DNA of 64,000 nucleotides from an uncultured delta proteobacterium (GTDB lineage Bacteria; Bdellovibrionota; FAC87; UBA2466): NCBI GenBank assembly GCA_963778115.1, contig CAVZSV010000007.1, positions 151,175 to 215,174 of the forward strand, read 5' to 3'. Shown piece by piece: positions 58,890 to 64,000 of this stretch (position 1 is its first letter; each line of letters starts with the position of its first letter). The notes under the pieces were generated by a model. It saw only the letters and a program-made list of their open reading frames with translations, ran no database searches and was not told where the DNA came from. The position numbers and the translations under genes were made by a program.

Positions 58890-59567
58890 ATGACTAGCCA
58901 GCACCGAATCCAGATTGCGGGCGTTCTGGACGCCCAAGAGCTTCAGATGTTACTGGAAGAAGGAGCCACTGATATCGGTTTCCCTTTGGGGCCGGGAGTC
59001 GCGACTCCCGATCTTTCAGACGAGCAAGCGGCAAACCTCATCCCGCTTTGCCGAAAGCCCGTCTCGGCAGTTCTGATTACTTATCTGACAGAGCCACGAC
59101 AAATCTTGGATTACTGCAACCGACTAGGATTTAGAAAAGTTCAACTCCACGGGGATTCTACTCCGCAGGAGGCAGCTGCTTTGAAGCAGAAAGATCCACA
59201 TTTAGTCGTGATGAAGAGCCTTATCGTCCGTGACAACAATCTCTCGGAACTAGAAATCCAAGTGAATGCGTTTAGTCCTTACGTGGATGCCTTTATCACG
59301 GACACGTTTGATCCCCAAACAGGCCATCGGGGAGCGACAGGCAAAGTCCACGACTGGAAAATGAGTGAGCGCTTAGTAGCGCTCTCTCCGCGGCCGGTCA
59401 TCTTAGCGGGAGGTCTTAACCCCGACAACGTGGCACTCGCCATCGCTCACGTAAGGCCCGCAGGTGTCGATGTTCACACCGGTATCGAAGGGTCCGACGG
59501 AAGAAAAGACTTAGGCAAAGTAAGAGCGTTTATCATGAGCGCTCGCGCGGCATTCCTGTCGAATTGA
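58890..59567 (+). CDS. trpF: phosphoribosylanthranilate isomerase-like (TrpF family)
   Basis: ORF track; VQLHGDSTP, ILAGGLNPDNV and GVDVHTGIEGSDGRKD fit the TrpF pattern. Confidence 0.7.
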   Translation: MTSQHRIQIAGVLDAQELQMLLEEGATDIGFPLGPGVATPDLSDEQAANLIPLCRKPVSAVLITYLTEPRQILDYCNRLGFRKVQLHGDSTPQEAAALKQKDPHLVVMKSLIVRDNNLSELEIQVNAFSPYVDAFITDTFDPQTGHRGATGKVHDWKMSERLVALSPRPVILAGGLNPDNVALAIAHVRPAGVDVHTGIEGSDGRKDLGKVRAFIMSARAAFLSN

Positions 59568-59616
59568 CACAATCGCAGTTGAAAACCCTTCTAAAAAATG
59601 CGGAAATAGAAACCCC

Positions 59617-61077
59617 ATGGGTCTTCTCAATAACAATTCTAAAATCGTTTCCGCTCTCGTAAGCCTACTTTTAAGCATCAAGGTGTTTGCCACTCCTCAC
59701 GTGACGCCGCCCAACCGAGTCGCAAGTATCTACGTGTCCGAGGATTTTGTTAATGAGCAAATGGCGCAGCACAGCAAGTCGGCGCTCTTGAAAGAAATGA
59801 AAGTGGCCTTCGACACTAAGAACAGTGTCATTCTTCTTCGAGGCAGAATTCAGGTCCCCGTGGAGGAGTTGAGAGCTATCGGTCTGGACCCCACTCTAGG
59901 AGCTTTCCATTTTCAGGTCACTATCAAGCCTGAGATCACAAAAAAGGGCTATCTCATTTTAGACTTCCCGCTTTCGGAAACTTACTTTTATCCGGTAAGT
60001 TCCACCGATCCGGTTCATGACAGGGTTATCATTCCGGTCCAGCTGCTTTCTCTGGTGATTGCCTCAGCGAGAGGTTATTTCGCGGCACTTTCGGGGGACT
60101 TCTCAGGTTTTGATAAGCGTACCCAACTACTCTCTTCTCAAATTAAGACGTTAGATCATTCCATCTCCGTCGAAAAAAATGCTGAAGCGCGCGAAACATT
60201 GCAGAACGAGAAAGCTGGTTTAAAGCTGCAACTAGCCGCCGTTCCCATAGAACGCAAGCAACTGCAGTCAGTCGCAAAAGAGTTCGAACACGTTTTAGGT
60301 TTCACGGGCGAGAAGGAGCTCAATATTAATGAAGATCTGGGAGCTCGTAAGAATGCGCTTATCCTTAAGTTAAAGCTCTCTCAACTGGCCCCTTATCTAA
60401 CCGGTGTGGATTTAGGTGGAGTTCGCTTACTTCTGGATAAAAAAGATGGCGACGGTCAGAACTATCTGGCGATCGACGTTAATTCCCAACTGGTGACTAC
60501 TCCTGAGACGACGTCGCCCGTAACCCCTGCTCCTCGCGAAAGGATGAAGGTTGCGCCTTCGCTTATCATGCGACTTAACGAATCCTTATTGGAGAGCAAG
60601 GCGGTTGCCGAGGCCGAGAAAAAGTCTTTGGGAGACAAAGTTCATGATTTAAAACTTCATCTTAAAGATGATGGGCTGCACGTCACGGGAAGTGCCCATG
60701 CATTTTTATTCTTCTCCGTTTCGTTTGAAACCGTAGTCGACTTTGTGACCACCGCTGTCGATACCTTCGAAGTCCGCGTACGCCGGATAGAGGTAGCGGG
60801 AATCAACGTGGAGTTCCTAGCAAAGGTAGTTTTAGAGTCCGTCAAACAACGTCTCGATTCGACACTCAAAGGGGTCTGCACGTTTGACTACGTGGGCGAA
60901 GAGAAAGATCATTCCCGTGCCTTGCAAGTCAAAGTAAATACAAAGACTTTGGTACCTGCCTTTCCCGATCTCCACCTAGTCAATGTAGATGTCCGCGATA
61001 AAGAGTTTCTCTTAAAGATAGGCCATCTCCAGCCTTCGGCCGTCTCCTCGACACAACCCCTTTCCTTACGAAAATAA
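59617..61077 (+). CDS. hypothetical secreted protein
   Basis: ORF track; signal peptide. Confidence 0.65.
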   Translation: MGLLNNNSKIVSALVSLLLSIKVFATPHVTPPNRVASIYVSEDFVNEQMAQHSKSALLKEMKVAFDTKNSVILLRGRIQVPVEELRAIGLDPTLGAFHFQVTIKPEITKKGYLILDFPLSETYFYPVSSTDPVHDRVIIPVQLLSLVIASARGYFAALSGDFSGFDKRTQLLSSQIKTLDHSISVEKNAEARETLQNEKAGLKLQLAAVPIERKQLQSVAKEFEHVLGFTGEKELNINEDLGARKNALILKLKLSQLAPYLTGVDLGGVRLLLDKKDGDGQNYLAIDVNSQLVTTPETTSPVTPAPRERMKVAPSLIMRLNESLLESKAVAEAEKKSLGDKVHDLKLHLKDDGLHVTGSAHAFLFFSVSFETVVDFVTTAVDTFEVRVRRIEVAGINVEFLAKVVLESVKQRLDSTLKGVCTFDYVGEEKDHSRALQVKVNTKTLVPAFPDLHLVNVDVRDKEFLLKIGHLQPSAVSSTQPLSLRK

Positions 61078-61150
61078 AAGAAGTCTCCTGAGAAGCTGGA
61101 TTGCGCATTTTTCTCTCAAGAGTTATTCACCAGCCGAGTTCCTAAGAACC

Positions 61151-62413
61151 ATGGCTATTTTTTCTAAATTTTTCGTTTTAGTAGGCATTTTTGCTGTTTG
61201 CCTTGATTGGCCCTGCGAAGCTCGCCCCACCAAGATTCACCTTTTCGCCGCCGTGGATAGTTTCGATCCCAAGGTAGGAGCCGGATGCAAAGTGAGCTGG
61301 GAAAGACTGGAAAAGTTTCTCTTGGAACAACGCCCCGACAAGGAACATCTTTCTATCTTCAGAATTCCCGAACGAGTTCCCTCGCGAACGGACGCCCTTC
61401 ATTATTATGAGACTGAGCCGTTCGAACCGAATGACGTCATCTGGTTCTATTACTGCGGTCACGGGATAACGGATGATACTTTTGGTCACGTATTGAAAAT
61501 GGATGGAGGAGGGCTACCCCGAAAGGAACTTCGCGCCGCTATGGAGGCACGTAAAGTTCAAGGGGTATTACTCACGACGGATGCGTGTGCGGTAGACGGC
61601 AGATATGATTGGAAGGACAACGGGGAACGTTACATTAGGGTAACCGCTCGGGAGGAGGATCCAAGGCGTCCTTGGAGACTGATAGCTAGTTTGATCGGAA
61701 ATCTCCATGGAACCGTCGACATTACCGCGTCCACCGGAAGAAGACCTGCCTTCGTCGATTTGGAAAACAATGCTAACGAGGACCGGCTCCAGGGTGCCCT
61801 TTTCACAAACGCGTTGGTAAGTATGCTCTATAGCGAGCAGAAAACTCTAGACCTCGATAACAACGGAATTGTCGATTGGAATGAAGCCTTCGCCTCACTT
61901 CGCGAAGGAACCCGCGCCCGTTTTCGCGGCTTTCGTGCCCAATATACGCTCTCCGAGGGAAAAGAACCCGAGGCCAGTGATCAGATTCCCTTTGCCTTTT
62001 CTCTAGGAAAGCTACCTTTAATCTCGACATCTCCCGAAAATGCCATTGTCGTGCCGTACGTCGATAGAGATTACATATATCATTTCGGAGATCGTTATTT
62101 GGTTAGGGCTAAATTCGACAAGAGCCTAGTAAACCATCGCATCTTTATGGGAGTCTATTTTTTGGACGAAAACGATCGCGCCATACGAGCCACTAACGAG
62201 AAATTTTCCATCACGGAGCACAAAGTAATTGGCGTGGCGAGAGTGACAAAACTGACCGAGGAGCTTCTTGACGCCACCGATAACCAACCCTTGGAATTTG
62301 ACCTTCCGGATGAGGCCTTCACCATAGGAAACGTAAAACAGTACGTGATCTTCTTCCATGATATGGAATCCAAGAAGATGGTCTTTCAGAAGCCTTATAA
62401 GTTAATGCAATAA
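61151..62413 (+). CDS. secreted caspase-like (clan CD) cysteine peptidase, putative
   Basis: ORF track; signal peptide; His block VIWFYYCGHG and Cys block VLLTTDACA about 42 aa apart. Confidence 0.55.
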   Translation: MAIFSKFFVLVGIFAVCLDWPCEARPTKIHLFAAVDSFDPKVGAGCKVSWERLEKFLLEQRPDKEHLSIFRIPERVPSRTDALHYYETEPFEPNDVIWFYYCGHGITDDTFGHVLKMDGGGLPRKELRAAMEARKVQGVLLTTDACAVDGRYDWKDNGERYIRVTAREEDPRRPWRLIASLIGNLHGTVDITASTGRRPAFVDLENNANEDRLQGALFTNALVSMLYSEQKTLDLDNNGIVDWNEAFASLREGTRARFRGFRAQYTLSEGKEPEASDQIPFAFSLGKLPLISTSPENAIVVPYVDRDYIYHFGDRYLVRAKFDKSLVNHRIFMGVYFLDENDRAIRATNEKFSITEHKVIGVARVTKLTEELLDATDNQPLEFDLPDEAFTIGNVKQYVIFFHDMESKKMVFQKPYKLMQ

Positions 62414-62552
62414 TATTAAATGCTTATAAACCTCCACCCCTTCTCCCTTTTTAAACCACTCATTGCTCGAATTTATGACGCATGATATTAACATCCTCTT
62501 TCTTTGGTTATAAATAGAGGAGCCGCGAAAAAAAATTTGGCGGTAGCACGGC

Positions 62553-63656
62553 ATGATCATTATTTTTCGATCGGACGTTTCCGCGGAGAGTCCCGAACTC
62601 AAAAGGGTCGTCTCTCATATTGAAAGCCACCCTGGTGTTAGCGCCCAGATCCATAATGTCAAAGGTGCCCTTCAGGAACTCAACGAAATTTATTTGATTG
62701 GCCGGACAGATACTGTCTCTAAAGAGACTCTCGAAACCTTTCCCGGCGTAGAGCGCGTCGTCCGAATCTCCGAAAAGTATCGCCTTATCGGTCGCCACCG
62801 CGGACAAATCGAAGGTTTGGGGTTTGCCTACCAAGGCGTCCGTTTCGACGATACGAGCTTTCATGTCTTTGCGGGCTTATGTGCCGTCGATAGTCGAGAT
62901 AGCGTCGAGAAAATGATGATGGCCCTTAAGCAAAACGGCATCACAACAACTCGAATGGGTGCCTACAAACCTAGAACTAGCCCCTATGATTTCCAAGGCC
63001 ACGGGAAGGAGTGCCTCCCCTACGTTTTCGAACTCGCCGGTAAATATGACATCAAAGTGATAGCCATGGAGATCGTGCACGAATGCCAACTGGACGAAAT
63101 CCGAACGGCCCTACGTGAATCAGGAAACGCTACCGGAGTCATGCTGCAAATAGGAACGCGAAACGCGCAGAATTTTGAACTGCTAAAACACGTGGGCCAA
63201 CAACAAGACTTTCCCGTACTTTGTAAAAGGGGAATGGGAATTACTTTGGAAGAGTCGTTGAACGCTTGTGAATATATCGCAAGCGAAGGAAATCGAAATA
63301 TCATCTTCTGTCTGCGAGGAGTGAAAAGCCATTTAGGAGAGCCTCACCGAAACCTTGTGGATTTCGTCCACGTTCCGGTCATAAAGCGTTTGACCCGACT
63401 CCCTGTCTGTATCGACCCTTCACACTCCGTCGGCAAAAGAGATGTGGGCTCGGACGGCCTATCCGACATTAATCACGCCACCGCTCAAGGTGTTATAGCC
63501 GGAGCGAACATGGTATTGGTCGATTTCCATCCCGATCCCAAAAAGGCCCTCTGCGACGGCCCTCAGGCACTCACGCTAGAAGAGTTGGGCCCGTTCATGC
63601 AAGATATCGCCATCGTTCGCGAGGCGTATGAAAAGCGAAGGCAGTTGCGGCAGTAG
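62553..63656 (+). CDS. aroF: 3-deoxy-7-phosphoheptulonate (DAHP) synthase, type I-beta with N-terminal regulatory domain
   Basis: ORF track; YKPRTSPYDFQGHG, QIGTRNAQNFELLK and CIDPSHSVGKRD match the Thermotoga-type DAHP synthase pattern. Confidence 0.85.
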   Translation: MIIIFRSDVSAESPELKRVVSHIESHPGVSAQIHNVKGALQELNEIYLIGRTDTVSKETLETFPGVERVVRISEKYRLIGRHRGQIEGLGFAYQGVRFDDTSFHVFAGLCAVDSRDSVEKMMMALKQNGITTTRMGAYKPRTSPYDFQGHGKECLPYVFELAGKYDIKVIAMEIVHECQLDEIRTALRESGNATGVMLQIGTRNAQNFELLKHVGQQQDFPVLCKRGMGITLEESLNACEYIASEGNRNIIFCLRGVKSHLGEPHRNLVDFVHVPVIKRLTRLPVCIDPSHSVGKRDVGSDGLSDINHATAQGVIAGANMVLVDFHPDPKKALCDGPQALTLEELGPFMQDIAIVREAYEKRRQLRQ

Positions 63657-63749
63657 TCTGACTTTTCGTTTCCCAATAGTCTCAAATTCTAATTATTTTG
63701 ACTTTGGAGTTCCCGCGGGCGTTGACTGGCTAAAACCGGGAGAAGATTT

Positions 63750-64000
63750 ATGAAGACAATTTTTTGGTTACTGACTTTGAGTTCGTTGGCGTCCGCTAGC
63801 CCTTATGGGAAATTCTCTTTTTCAAAAGCAGGGAATTCCTATTCGCCTAGCTTGAATTTCCCTGAACTGACTGGGGACCAAGTGCCTAATTCCCTGAAGC
63901 CATATATTTACGAAAAAACCGCACTCGCTCTAGTCGAAGCTGGAGAAAATTTTGTGGCAAGCGTTGACCCCGGCGCGGAAACCTTCACAAATTACGAGTA
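63750..64000 (+). CDS. hypothetical secreted protein, 3'-partial (runs off window)
   Basis: not in ORF track (no stop in window); ATG at 63750 after GGGAGAAG; translation MKTIFWLLTLSSLASASP is signal-peptide-like. Confidence 0.4.
   Translation, partial: MKTIFWLLTLSSLASASPYGKFSFSKAGNSYSPSLNFPELTGDQVPNSLKPYIYEKTALALVEAGENFVASVDPGAETFTNYE

Noticed and set aside
59617-62413. Gasdermin-plus-caspase type defence pair
   Set aside because: Both proteins have signal peptides; the neighbour is 486 aa with no gasdermin-like features recognisable by eye.

Overview
64 kb chromosomal window at about 50% GC that reads like a Bdellovibrio-like (predatory) Gram-negative genome; the organism call is inference from gene content, not a database match. 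Housekeeping genes (dnaE, pyrG, kdsB, pyk, fumC, lepB, lipB, pgsA, trpF-like, DAHP synthase) are interleaved with an unusual density of signal-peptide-bearing hydrolases (two S1 serine proteases, two clan-CD caspase/legumain-like peptidases, a papain-fold peptidase, a two-HKD phospholipase-D-family protein, an NHL beta-propeller protein). No rRNA, tRNA, CRISPR array, integrase, transposase or reverse transcriptase was recognised. The best candidate for an undescribed system is a translationally coupled 8-gene module (51141-58866): repeat lipoprotein, small outer-membrane beta-barrel, two periplasmic proteins, a 78-aa secreted peptide, a TonB/TolA-like transducer with a cytoplasmic N-domain, then ExbB/TolQ and ExbD/TolR. 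It resembles Agl/Glt gliding or Ton/Tol-like machines but I cannot assign it to a described one. Other items worth a second look: a methyltransferase fold behind a signal peptide in a secreted-protein cluster (39694-44456), a DUF222-like/HNH endonuclease gene split by a single in-frame TAG (47723-48595) next to 670 bp of palindrome-rich non-coding DNA, a perfect 26-bp inverted repeat between fumC and ltaE, and a C5/G5-tract segment at the 5' end of the papain-like gene. All calls rest on motif reading of the supplied translations; no BLAST or HMM search was possible, and hand-derived coordinates of small elements may be off by 1-2 nt.
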